Positions 51,230 through 60,513 are shown, counted from the first letter of the stretch. The stretch: DNA of 64,000 nt from Candidatus Heimdallarchaeota archaeon (GCA_019058275.1 JAHLVW010000094.1:32001-96000), one strand, 5' to 3'. Program-made: numbers and translations. The notes: generated from the letters alone by a model not told the origin.

Positions 51230-51607
51230 TTATGCTGAAAAGATGAGTATACGATCTGCCTCTTCGACAAACTCACTTAATGCTCCAAGCCCATCGAATC
51301 CAGTTCCTTCTAATAATATGTCCTTACTTTGTGTTCCACGATATTCTGCACAAATAGGACAAGAAACAACTGTAACACCTTTATCAACTAATTCTTTGAA
51401 TAGCCCGGCGATATTTCTATCACGGTCATCAGATGGTTTGATGGTGTTAACATTGTTATATACCCCATCTGTATACAGGTAAATCCCAGTTACTTCATGA
51501 CCAGTTTTAAGAGCTGCATTAGCTAACTTCAGTACAGTATCAGAATTCTGAAAACTGTATGGGGATGTCATTAATAAAAATGCTATTTTACCCATTTTAG
51601 TCACCAT
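51230..51607 (-). CDS. DsrE/TusD sulfur-relay subunit
   Basis: SPY, Y.DGV, SCPICAEYRG, GLGAL. Confidence 0.85.
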   Translation of the reverse strand: MVTKMGKIAFLLMTSPYSFQNSDTVLKLANAALKTGHEVTGIYLYTDGVYNNVNTIKPSDDRDRNIAGLFKELVDKGVTVVSCPICAEYRGTQSKDILLEGTGFDGLGALSEFVEEADRILIFSA

Positions 51608-51760
51608 ATTTTCCTATCAAAAAGAGCTAGGTAGTTAAAGTATAAGTTATACGGTTTAAAAAATAAACCACTAATTTTTCCTTAGAAAATAAATGCTCAA
51701 CTTTATTTAAATGTCAAAGAAGAAGAATATAGCTAAGCTTAAATTAAAGCCCTTAGGATT

Positions 51761-52189
51761 TTGATTAAAATGGCTGAAACAAAAAGAATGGCTATTGTTG
51801 TACATTCTGGTACATTAGATTTAGCCTATCCACCATTAATGCTTGCTGCTGCAGCGGGTGCATCTGATATGGAAGTTGATATGTTCTTCACATTTTGGGG
51901 ATTAAATCTCTTAAAAAAGAAAGGATTAAAAAGAGCAAAACTTTCTGGTGCATGGCGACTTGGTACAGGCATGATGAAATTGATGATTAAAAGAACAGGA
52001 ATGGCTTCTCTACCTGAATTGCTAGAAGCTGTTATTGATACTGGTAAAGTAAGACTCTATGCTTGTACTGCTACAATGGATATTATGATGGTTAAAAAAG
52101 AACAATTGATACCAGAAGTAACAGGTTTCATGGGAGCAGCTGGATTTTTAGATATTGCTGCAGATTGTGATATACAATTATTCATTTAA
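51761..52189 (+). CDS. DsrE2-like (DsrE/DsrF/DrsH-like) protein
   Basis: FFTFWGL, YACTATM, GAAGFL. Confidence 0.88.
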   Translation: MIKMAETKRMAIVVHSGTLDLAYPPLMLAAAAGASDMEVDMFFTFWGLNLLKKKGLKRAKLSGAWRLGTGMMKLMIKRTGMASLPELLEAVIDTGKVRLYACTATMDIMMVKKEQLIPEVTGFMGAAGFLDIAADCDIQLFI

Positions 52190-52201
52190 GGTGAAAGCAA
52201 A

Positions 52202-52444
52202 ATGTCTGATATGCCCACTCCAGACAAAACACTTGATGCTCGTGGATTCCAATGTCCTATGCCAATTTTAAAGGCTAAGAAAACCATCCAAAGTATGAAA
52301 ACAGGACAAATTCTTGAAGTTCTTTCTGAAGATCCTGGATCAAAAGAAGATTTTCCACGATGGGCAAAACGTACAGGTAATGAATTACTAGGTATTTTTG
52401 ATGAAGAAGATTATACTCGTTATTTCATAAAGAAGACAGTATAA
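52202..52444 (+). CDS. tusA: TusA/SirA sulfurtransferase
   Basis: LDARGFQCPMP, DPGS..D...W. Confidence 0.92.
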   Translation: MSDMPTPDKTLDARGFQCPMPILKAKKTIQSMKTGQILEVLSEDPGSKEDFPRWAKRTGNELLGIFDEEDYTRYFIKKTV

Positions 52445-52532
52445 ACATCTTCTATACCGTTTTTTCTATTTTTTAAGGTTAAAAATAAGTGGAATTTGAG
52501 CTTTAATCAAACACTCATTTATACCAAAAAAA

Positions 52533-52548
52533 CGGTAAACTTTAAAAA
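52533..52548 (+). promoter_or_regulatory. BRE/TATA promoter of the permuted 5S precursor
   Basis: CGGTAAAC-TTTAAAAA; the predicted TSS near 52572 coincides with the start of the outer stem. Confidence 0.6.
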
Positions 52549-52571
52549 GTGAAGATTACTCGAAAGACTAC

Positions 52572-52727
52572 GCAGAAACTCATCGCCGGAAGTTAAGCCT
52601 TCATACGTTATGTTAATTACTGATCTGAGCGATCGTTCGGGAACAACATAAAGCTGCGTCTCGACGCGGTCAAAGCTGGAGGGTAACACCCGGACTCGTC
52701 CGATCCCGGAAACGATGAGTTTCGTGC
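52572..52727 (+). repeat. Processing stem with relaxed BHB motif flanking the 5S
   Basis: GAAACTCATCG (52575-85) pairs perfectly with CGATGAGTTTC (52713-23); direct repeat CCGGAA at 52586 and 52706. Confidence 0.88.
52592..52711 (+). rRNA. rrf: 5S rRNA, circularly permuted gene (3' half 52592-52660, TC linker, 5' half 52663-52711)
   Basis: Reordered sequence GACGCGGUCAAAGCUGGAGGGUAACACCCGGACUCGUCCGAUCCCGGAA|GUUAAGCCUUCAUACG...GGGAACAACAUAAAGCUGCGUC folds into helices I-V with a GCGA loop D. Confidence 0.9.
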
Positions 52728-52788
52728 TATCAGACTTTCATTATCTCTTTAACTATTAGAAAATAAAATTTGGATGAGATTGTCTTAG

Positions 52789-53142
52789 TTAAGACTCATC
52801 CTCAACATCAAAAGCAATTTTGCCAGCTTCTTTAGTAAATAATGAAAAATCTATTGTATGTTTGCCTAGTTCTAATTTTCCACTCACTTTAAAAGTAAAA
52901 GTGTCCCCCTTGGTCAATTTAAAGGGATTCTCTTCTGATATACTATCCAAATTTATCTCTTTTTCATTGACAATAACTTTGATTTTACTAGCATCAAATT
53001 CCTTTTCATCAATTTTCAAAGGATCTAAACCAATAATTGTTGCAGGATAAATGGTGTTCAATAATTGAAATGAGATTTCTTCTCCCTCTTGTTTTAAGCT
53101 TCCTTTTAGATAGAGTTTCTTCAACATAAATTTTGGAATCAT
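52789..53142 (-). CDS. Conserved hypothetical beta-sandwich protein
   Basis: P.F.LKKLY.KGSL N-terminal motif recalled from archaeal hypothetical proteins; function unknown. Confidence 0.6.
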   Translation of the reverse strand: MIPKFMLKKLYLKGSLKQEGEEISFQLLNTIYPATIIGLDPLKIDEKEFDASKIKVIVNEKEINLDSISEENPFKLTKGDTFTFKVSGKLELGKHTIDFSLFTKEAGKIAFDVEDES

Positions 53143-53270
53143 TGTACTAACTCTCCAAATATCTAAACTAATTAAACAATACTACTAGTTTTTAATTTAT
53201 CGTAATTCTAGATTTTACCTCCGAAGAAATCTTATATAATAAAGCAATATTAACGATTAGTCATTACTGG

Positions 53271-54326
53271 TTGGTTTTATTCATAATGAGAAGGACTAAA
53301 TTTCATTTGCTTTCATTTCTTCTTGTTATTTTTGTATTTGGTAGTTTCATCATTAACTTTCTTCCCATTACAGCATCTCATGAATCCCTTCATCCCATAA
53401 GTAAGAAAGCCAATACATTAACAATAGTAACCTCAATTTCAATTGTAGCTGATTTTGCATCAAAAATAGGAGAAGGTATTTTCACAGTTGAAAGTATAGT
53501 TACTGGTAATGAGAATCCACATATTTATGAACCTAGTCCTTTGGAGATTCAAATGGTAGCTGAATCTGATTTATTTATCAGGTTTGGACTTGAAGGATTA
53601 GAACCATGGGTTCAATCAGTTGTAGATGTAAATCTTGGTATAAAAGTACTGGAACTTGTTAACAGCTCGATGATTGAATTTGATTCATTGATAAATGCTG
53701 ATAACCCCCATGTTTGGATGAATCCTAATAATGTAAAAACAATGGCAAGTATGATTTATCAACAAGTTTCACTTTTAGATCCAGAAAATATTGCAACATT
53801 TAATACTAATCTCAATAACTACTTGAGTAATTTAGATTCTTTATTATCAAGAATTGAGGATGCTAAGGTGGATATGGATGGAATGAAAGTTGTTGTCCAT
53901 CATCCTTCTTTCAAGTATCTATTTGATTTGCTAGGAATTATTCGAGTTGGTGCAATTGAAGAGAGAGAAGGTTCTGAACCTTCACCAGATCATATTCAAA
54001 AGATAATGTCTGACATAGAGACTGAGAATGTTAGTTTAATTGTGAATCAACCACAGTTGGAGGAGGAAACTGTAAATCAAATTGCAAGAGAAACAGGGAT
54101 AAAGATAGTGGATCTAACTCCTTTACTGGGAGTTTTTGGTCTTAATTCATACATTGCTATGATTGATTACAATCTAATAGCATTGAAAAATCCATTTGAA
54201 CCCCCCAAAGTAAATATTGATTTGCCATTTTGGTTTTTGGTTAGTTTTGGAATTACAATTATCTTATCATATATATTATTCATCATTGTAGTTAGGTATC
54301 GACATTCAAGGTCGTTGCTAGTGTAA
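53271..54326 (+). CDS. Zn/Mn ABC substrate-binding protein (ZnuA-like) with C-terminal TM
   Basis: NPHIYEP, GLEPW, NPHVW, HPSFKY, E.EPS. Confidence 0.92.
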   Translation: MVLFIMRRTKFHLLSFLLVIFVFGSFIINFLPITASHESLHPISKKANTLTIVTSISIVADFASKIGEGIFTVESIVTGNENPHIYEPSPLEIQMVAESDLFIRFGLEGLEPWVQSVVDVNLGIKVLELVNSSMIEFDSLINADNPHVWMNPNNVKTMASMIYQQVSLLDPENIATFNTNLNNYLSNLDSLLSRIEDAKVDMDGMKVVVHHPSFKYLFDLLGIIRVGAIEEREGSEPSPDHIQKIMSDIETENVSLIVNQPQLEEETVNQIARETGIKIVDLTPLLGVFGLNSYIAMIDYNLIALKNPFEPPKVNIDLPFWFLVSFGITIILSYILFIIVVRYRHSRSLLV

Positions 54327-54350
54327 AATAACTTAAAAGAATAAAATAAG

Positions 54351-55412
54351 GTGCATTTAGGAGAATTAATAAGATTGCCAACAATAATTGAATTCTTTGA
54401 AGCATTTCGATTTTCATTTATGAGAAATGCATTCTTCTCAGCAATAATCATCGGTATAGTTTGTTCGGTGATAGGTGTTTTCGTGCTTCTTAGAGGGATG
54501 GTGTTTCTTGGTCAAGCTATTGCTCACTCAGCTTTTGCTGGAGCTGCGCTAGCAATCCTAATTAATTTTGATCCCATTATTTCAATTATGGGATTTTCAC
54601 TTATTTCTGCGTTAGGTATTGGATTTGTTAACCAAAGAAAGGTAATGAAAGATGAAGTAATCATTGGTGTGGTGTTTTCCTTCTTCATGGCTCTTGCAGT
54701 GCTATTTATAGGGTTACATGGTGAGTATAGTTCCGATATTAATTCTATTCTCTTCGGTAACATACTCCTTGTTGATACTGCCGATTTTATCCTCCTAGGA
54801 GTTTTTTCAATAGTAATACTACTAATAATTTTTTCAATCAAAAAAGAATTATATTTTATCACTTTTAATTCAGAACTTGCACAGATATCTGGTGTCCCTG
54901 TAAATCTTCTTAGTTATGTTTTTCTAGTTGCTGTATCATTTACAATATCTGTTTCGTTAAAAGCGATTGGCGCAATTTTGGTTTTTGCTATGATAGTAAC
55001 CCCAGCAGCAGCAGCGTACCAATGGACCTTTAAATTGAACAAGATGATAACTCTTTCAGCTATTTTCGGTGTTTTTTCATCGATTTTTGGTTTATTCTTC
55101 TCATATTTGCTAGACATTCCTTCTGGAGCAACAATAGTATCGTTAGTGACAATCATCTTCATAATTTCCTTTATTTTCTCTCCTAAAAGACGTTCAATGA
55201 AAAAAGCTATTACTGAGTGTCCTTTCTGTAAAGATTTCATTACAGAAGAAGGTCGTTGCAAAAATCCAAAATGTGCTTTTAATGATGTGCCACATTCACA
55301 TGATCATGAAAGAATTGACATCCGTAAAGATAATTTGCCGCATAAGGAATCCACTATTCATGATCATGATGATTTGAACGATGATACAAACAACAAAACT
55401 GGAGGTAATTAA
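54351..55412 (+). CDS. Zn/Mn ABC permease (ZnuB-like) with Cys/His-rich tail
   Basis: AIAHSAFAG, ILFGNIL, GAILV...PAAAA, PSGA. Confidence 0.92.
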   Translation: MHLGELIRLPTIIEFFEAFRFSFMRNAFFSAIIIGIVCSVIGVFVLLRGMVFLGQAIAHSAFAGAALAILINFDPIISIMGFSLISALGIGFVNQRKVMKDEVIIGVVFSFFMALAVLFIGLHGEYSSDINSILFGNILLVDTADFILLGVFSIVILLIIFSIKKELYFITFNSELAQISGVPVNLLSYVFLVAVSFTISVSLKAIGAILVFAMIVTPAAAAYQWTFKLNKMITLSAIFGVFSSIFGLFFSYLLDIPSGATIVSLVTIIFIISFIFSPKRRSMKKAITECPFCKDFITEEGRCKNPKCAFNDVPHSHDHERIDIRKDNLPHKESTIHDHDDLNDDTNNKTGGN

Positions 55413-55414
55413 AA

Positions 55415-56182
55415 ATGGCTATAAAAACAACTCCAGAGATAGCTGAAATGGTTGAAAATAAACCAATAATCTGCTTTAAGGATGTAGCAATAGCTTTCCA
55501 AACTAATGTTGCTCTATTTGATGTTAATTTAGATATATTTCAAAATGATCTCTTTGGAATTTGTGGACCTAATGGCTCTGGTAAGAGTACTTTATTGAAA
55601 GCAATTGTTGGTAGCGTAGAACCATTTAGAGGTCACGTTAAGGTATTTAGAAAAGATATTTCAAAAGGAAATATTAGGCATATAAAATCAAAAATAGGTT
55701 ACCTGCCACAGAAAGAGAACATTGATAGGAATTTTCCGGCATTGGTAAGAGATGTAGTTGGAATGGGATTATTCTCACAAGTAGGATTTTTCAAGAAATT
55801 GTCTAAAGAGGACAATGATAAAATTCATCAAGCATTAGAAATCGTTGAAATGGAAAACCTTGATATGAGACCAATTGGCCATCTTAGTGGTGGACAACAA
55901 CAGAAAGCTATGATTGCTCGAGGAATAGTGAATAATCCAGAGATTTTACTTATGGATGAACCTTTCAGTGCTCTTGATTTTAAAGTAGAGCAAAGTATTA
56001 TGCATCTAATTAAAAAAATCCACGATGAAACCAATGTCACCATCGTTATGATAACACATAGTATTAATTTCATTAAACAATACTGTAATAGAGCTGCATG
56101 TTTAGACAGAAGGATAATTTGGAGTGGCAATCCAAAAGAACATGATTTTGATGATGTAATCAAAAGAGTATTCTTTCACTAA
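55415..56182 (+). CDS. Zn/Mn ABC ATPase (ZnuC-like)
   Basis: GPNGSGKST, LSGGQQQ, MDEP. Confidence 0.93.
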   Translation: MAIKTTPEIAEMVENKPIICFKDVAIAFQTNVALFDVNLDIFQNDLFGICGPNGSGKSTLLKAIVGSVEPFRGHVKVFRKDISKGNIRHIKSKIGYLPQKENIDRNFPALVRDVVGMGLFSQVGFFKKLSKEDNDKIHQALEIVEMENLDMRPIGHLSGGQQQKAMIARGIVNNPEILLMDEPFSALDFKVEQSIMHLIKKIHDETNVTIVMITHSINFIKQYCNRAACLDRRIIWSGNPKEHDFDDVIKRVFFH

Positions 56183-56184
56183 TT

Positions 56185-57477
56185 TCATGGAAATGCTGAT
56201 TTCAAGAATTCAATTACGTGCTTAGAAGAGATTTTCGATTCACCTCGAGTTCGAGGACTGAAAACAAAACCAACCCTTCCAACTTTTGTTTCTTTTTTAG
56301 ATGAATGCTTCATTAATTCAAACATAACTTTGTATCCTTTAGCTCGAAATCCTTCTGGATTTGCTTTAATGATTTTTCTCGAGTAATCAGTTTCTCCGCC
56401 AAAAAAACCACTCATTACATCTCCACAACTAGCAGAACGATGGATCCAATGTGAGAATTTTCCTATAACACTTGCTCCCCAAGAAATCAATCTTCTAGTG
56501 AATGGCCAATCAGGAATCTCATCACGCTCACCAGCAACATAATGATATCCTTCTTGAAGTCTCGCAACTATTTCACCAACCTTTTCTGGAGGATGTTGAA
56601 AATCACAGTCCATTACAACATAGTATTTTGTATCTGCCATTTTAATTGCATCAAGAACACTGATAGTTAGTCCATGGATGGGTTCATCTTCACGATCAAG
56701 TAATTGTACACCTGGATTTTTTTCATGAAACTCTCTTACTTGTTCACGAGTACCATCAACAGAACCATCATCAGCAACAATAATCTTTATTCCCTGATAC
56801 TTTTCTGTAAGGACTTCCAATAATGGACCAATATTTTCCCCTTCATTAAACGTTGGAGTAATTACTGTTACATCGCTGAAATCAATATCTCGAGGAATAA
56901 TAATTGGTTGTTCTGGAAGTTCTTCAGCAACCTCAAATGTCCAAACCTCATTCCAAATATAGTTCCAAAATACTGTTATAACAAATGCTACAGCGCTTGC
57001 AGGGACAGTGGCCCATCTATCGCTATGAATGACCAATAGGAATGCTGTTTTGAATGCTGTAGTAAGAAGATATTTCAGAATGGCTCCAGAACCACCTACA
57101 ATAGCGTATTTAAGAAATTGAGTCGTAACTCTCTCAGTTTTTGCTTTGCCAAAGGTCCAATATCTATTGAGAAGATAATTTGAGATTGTAGCAGCTCCAA
57201 TGCCCATGGCTATAGCAACTAAATCAATGATAGTAAAACTAAAAATCCAAATTTGATGATTATATTCCAAAACACTTGAGTCAAATCTGTACATAATAAA
57301 TTCAGTTAAGTTTAATGCAGCTAGATTTACACCTAAACCAATCAAAGAAACTATAGAGAATTTTAGCAATCTTTTTCTAAATCCTTCTCTTAATCGACCA
57401 AACCTCTTTTGTAATCCTGAGGTACCCTTCTCTTTTTCCTGCTCGTTCTCCTCTAAAGTAACATTTTCCTTATTCAA
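56185..57477 (-). CDS. GtrA-like flippase domain fused N-terminally to a GT2 polyprenol-phosphate glycosyltransferase
   Basis: KFSIVS..G..VN, NY.LNRYWTF; PTFNE, DDGS.DGT, MDCDFQHPP, D.MSGFF, R..GESK. Confidence 0.88.
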   Translation of the reverse strand: MNKENVTLEENEQEKEKGTSGLQKRFGRLREGFRKRLLKFSIVSLIGLGVNLAALNLTEFIMYRFDSSVLEYNHQIWIFSFTIIDLVAIAMGIGAATISNYLLNRYWTFGKAKTERVTTQFLKYAIVGGSGAILKYLLTTAFKTAFLLVIHSDRWATVPASAVAFVITVFWNYIWNEVWTFEVAEELPEQPIIIPRDIDFSDVTVITPTFNEGENIGPLLEVLTEKYQGIKIIVADDGSVDGTREQVREFHEKNPGVQLLDREDEPIHGLTISVLDAIKMADTKYYVVMDCDFQHPPEKVGEIVARLQEGYHYVAGERDEIPDWPFTRRLISWGASVIGKFSHWIHRSASCGDVMSGFFGGETDYSRKIIKANPEGFRAKGYKVMFELMKHSSKKETKVGRVGFVFSPRTRGESKISSKHVIEFLKSAFP

Positions 57478-57579
57478 CTGTAAGCACCTGGTGGTTTAGT
57501 AAAGATATCAAGCTAGCTAATATGATATTTTAATTATATTATTAAAACTATTCAATAAAAACAAAACTTCACTAAAGCA

Positions 57580-58413
57580 TTAAACTTTTTTAGCAATTTT
57601 AAACAACTCATCATAAGCTACAAGTTGTCTATTAATGATCTGTTTTGAGTGAATCCAAATACCAAAATATGTTTCGCGTGGAAAAAGTGGAAGAATGATT
57701 GCAGACTCACCGTTATCAGAGATAATGATGCCTACATAATCAATAATAGAACCTATTTGTCTAATGATATTTACAAATTTTAGATTGGGTTTCATACTAA
57801 TTGGAACATCAACAGTAAAATGATCGAAGCCAAGTTCACTATAAAGCTCAGGCTTCATACTTGAAGCAACACGTGAAAGTTGACTAAAAGTCATCGACCT
57901 AAGTTTTACACCCCTTTCCTTTAATTCCTCAATTTCATCCTTGAACAGAGCAAGAGTTTTAGCACTCATAGCTACTGAAAGCTCCTTCCTTACATTCTGT
58001 ATAAGTCCTTTAACAATTCGTTTAAAGGCACTCAATCCATTAAAAGGTGATATTTCTCCAACAAATGATGGAGCAGTTAATTCAGAGAGATGATCAAGAC
58101 CAGTCTTTAGATTGTTTTCTAGTTCTCGATTTTCTTCTTGAATTCTTCGAACAATAATATCAGGTGAGTAGATTGTGTATTGAACTGGACGAGTTTTAGA
58201 ATGCTGCTTTATCAAATTCTTTCTCAATAAACTTTCAAGTGTCTGGTATACCTTTGGTAAAGGTACATCTGTATGACTATGTATGTCCTTAACAGTAGAG
58301 GTTCCAATAGCTGTAAGTATCGCTAAAACTTGTGACTCGTATTTAGGAAATCCAATATTCATAAACGCATCTACTGTTGGTTCTAATTTCTTTTTAATGT
58401 CCTCTGAACTCAT
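57580..58413 (-). CDS. TrmB-family transcriptional regulator
   Basis: G..KYES, VP.PKVYQTL.SL, RP.QY. Confidence 0.88.
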   Translation of the reverse strand: MSSEDIKKKLEPTVDAFMNIGFPKYESQVLAILTAIGTSTVKDIHSHTDVPLPKVYQTLESLLRKNLIKQHSKTRPVQYTIYSPDIIVRRIQEENRELENNLKTGLDHLSELTAPSFVGEISPFNGLSAFKRIVKGLIQNVRKELSVAMSAKTLALFKDEIEELKERGVKLRSMTFSQLSRVASSMKPELYSELGFDHFTVDVPISMKPNLKFVNIIRQIGSIIDYVGIIISDNGESAIILPLFPRETYFGIWIHSKQIINRQLVAYDELFKIAKKV

Positions 58414-58530
58414 TTTTTCTCAACTCTGTCAGAACCAGTTATGGAGATCTGGTTTGTTCTTTAGATAATTTTATATACTCTGAGTATATAATTTTTATTG
58501 TTGGCATAGCAATTCTAATACTAATTAGAA

Positions 58531-59277
58531 GTGATGACACAAATGACCGAATGTGCTGTTAAATTAACAGATCTAACAAAAGACTACAAAGAGTTACGAG
58601 CTGTTGATAGTATGAATTTAGAAATCCCTGAAGGTGAGATCTTTGCATTGGTAGGTCCTAATGGTGCAGGGAAAACAACTGCCATAAAAATGATATTAGG
58701 AATAACACCACCAACTTCAGGAGAAATTCAAGTTTTGGGTTGGAACATCCCAAAAGAAAGAAAGAAAATCAAGCGTGATATAGGTTATTTAGCTCAACAG
58801 AGAGCACTATATAAATCTCTAACAACTCGAGAGAATATTGAATTCTTCGCTGCAATAAAAGGAATGACTAAAGAGGATATACATGAAAAGACAGACGAGT
58901 TAATTGAGGTTTTGAATCTAAGTGAATATGAAAAAGTTAGAGCTATTAATCTATCTGGTGGTACACAGCAAAGAGTAGCTCTTGCTTCTGCCTGTGTAAA
59001 TTCCCCTCGTTTACTACTACTAGATGAAGCTACTGTTGGACTTGATCCTGTTTTGCGGAAAGATGTTTGGGATTATCTTCGGAAATTTAACAAGAAGGTA
59101 AAAGGAGCAATAATAATTACAACTCACTTTCTGGATGAAGCTGAATATGCTGATCGTGTAGGGTTTATGCGTACTGCAAATATCATTGCTTTAGATACTC
59201 CAGATGCTCTCAAAAAACAAACTTCTTCTGTAACAATGGAGGAAGTGTTTCTAAAATTAGCTAAGGAGGAAAACTAA
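58531..59277 (+). CDS. ABC-2 exporter ATPase
   Basis: GPNGAGKTT, LSGG, LLDE..VGLDP, TTH..DEAE. Confidence 0.93.
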   Translation: MMTQMTECAVKLTDLTKDYKELRAVDSMNLEIPEGEIFALVGPNGAGKTTAIKMILGITPPTSGEIQVLGWNIPKERKKIKRDIGYLAQQRALYKSLTTRENIEFFAAIKGMTKEDIHEKTDELIEVLNLSEYEKVRAINLSGGTQQRVALASACVNSPRLLLLDEATVGLDPVLRKDVWDYLRKFNKKVKGAIIITTHFLDEAEYADRVGFMRTANIIALDTPDALKKQTSSVTMEEVFLKLAKEEN

Positions 59278-59278
59278 A

Positions 59279-60415
59279 GTGCGAATGACGTGGCTAGTCT
59301 CAACAAGAGTGTTTAAGTTCATATTACGAGATAAACGCTTAATCGCACTAATGTTAATAATTCCCGTTGTTATGGCTTTAGTAATAGGTTATGGTTTCGG
59401 TGGAGAAATTGATCATGTCTCAGTTGCAATAATCAATCTTGATGAACCAACAGCAATACCGATATCCTTTAGCAACCGTTTAATTGATTATCTTGATCTC
59501 AAAACAGATCTAGTTGATGTTACAAAGATAATTGATCCAACAATTGAAGATTGGGAAACAATAAAACAAGCAGTTTTTGATGAAGAGTATTACGGAGTTA
59601 TTTTGTTTCCAGAAGACTTTACTGATAATCTTGCAGCTAGATTACTGAATGGCACAGCAGTTGAAACATACATAGATATATTTGTAGATAATTCTAACCC
59701 ACAAATAAGTTCCTCAATTATTAAGGTTGTAAGCAAAGGTTTTCAAACAGAATTTGGTGAAAGTATGGGTTTAACAATAAACACTGAATTTGCTTTTGAT
59801 GAAACGCTTACACAATTACAGTATATGATACCTTCAATCATGCCTTTCGCAGTCTTCTTCATGTCTTTCATCCTTTCGATTATCTCATTAATTAATGAAC
59901 GAAAAGCAGGAACCTTAGATTTACTTCTATTATCCCCATATCGTAAAATCAACATTATTCTTGGTTATATGATTCCGCTTTCAGCTGTTTCAATTATTCA
60001 AGCAACTATTCTTCTTCTCTTGACAATATTTGCTTTTAACGTACCAGTTGTAGGAGGAGTCGGAGCTTATTTTGCAATCTATATTATGATGTTGTTGTGT
60101 GGTTGGTGCGGTATGGGACTAGGTTTCTTACTTTCAACTGTTGCAAAGAGTGAGCTTCAAGCAGTGCAATTTATTCCTATGGTTATCTTCACAATGCTCT
60201 TACTATCAGGTATACTAATGCCATTAGAGACGTTACCAACATGGTTACTACCAATATCATACATGATACCTTTAACATATGGAGCTGAATATCTGAGAAC
60301 AGTAATGGTAGAAGGAACAGGTTTCCTATGGCACTGGCATATTGCTCCGGTCGTAGGATTTGTCGTACTGATGGTATTATTGTCTGCTCTAACATTGCGG
60401 GAAAGACAAATATAA
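59279..60415 (+). CDS. ABC-2 exporter permease
   Basis: RDKR, ERKAGTL, LSG...P...LP.WL..ISY..PLTY. Confidence 0.92.
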   Translation: MRMTWLVSTRVFKFILRDKRLIALMLIIPVVMALVIGYGFGGEIDHVSVAIINLDEPTAIPISFSNRLIDYLDLKTDLVDVTKIIDPTIEDWETIKQAVFDEEYYGVILFPEDFTDNLAARLLNGTAVETYIDIFVDNSNPQISSSIIKVVSKGFQTEFGESMGLTINTEFAFDETLTQLQYMIPSIMPFAVFFMSFILSIISLINERKAGTLDLLLLSPYRKINIILGYMIPLSAVSIIQATILLLLTIFAFNVPVVGGVGAYFAIYIMMLLCGWCGMGLGFLLSTVAKSELQAVQFIPMVIFTMLLLSGILMPLETLPTWLLPISYMIPLTYGAEYLRTVMVEGTGFLWHWHIAPVVGFVVLMVLLSALTLRERQI

Positions 60416-60513
60416 AGAAATGGACAAACCATTTCTCTTCTTTTTTTCTTAAATCTTTATATTTCTGAAGATAAAAAAAGAGTGAAGAGAGGTTGATTAA
60501 ACCTCCTAGTTTT

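Noticed and set aside
52572-52727. Permuted 5S as a collapsed tandem-repeat artefact or integration scar
   Set aside because: The termini are joined by only 2 nt with no spacer, the flanks form a perfect inverted repeat with correct BHB geometry, and the predicted product is exactly 120 nt. An artefact is unlikely to produce all of this, though reads were not seen.
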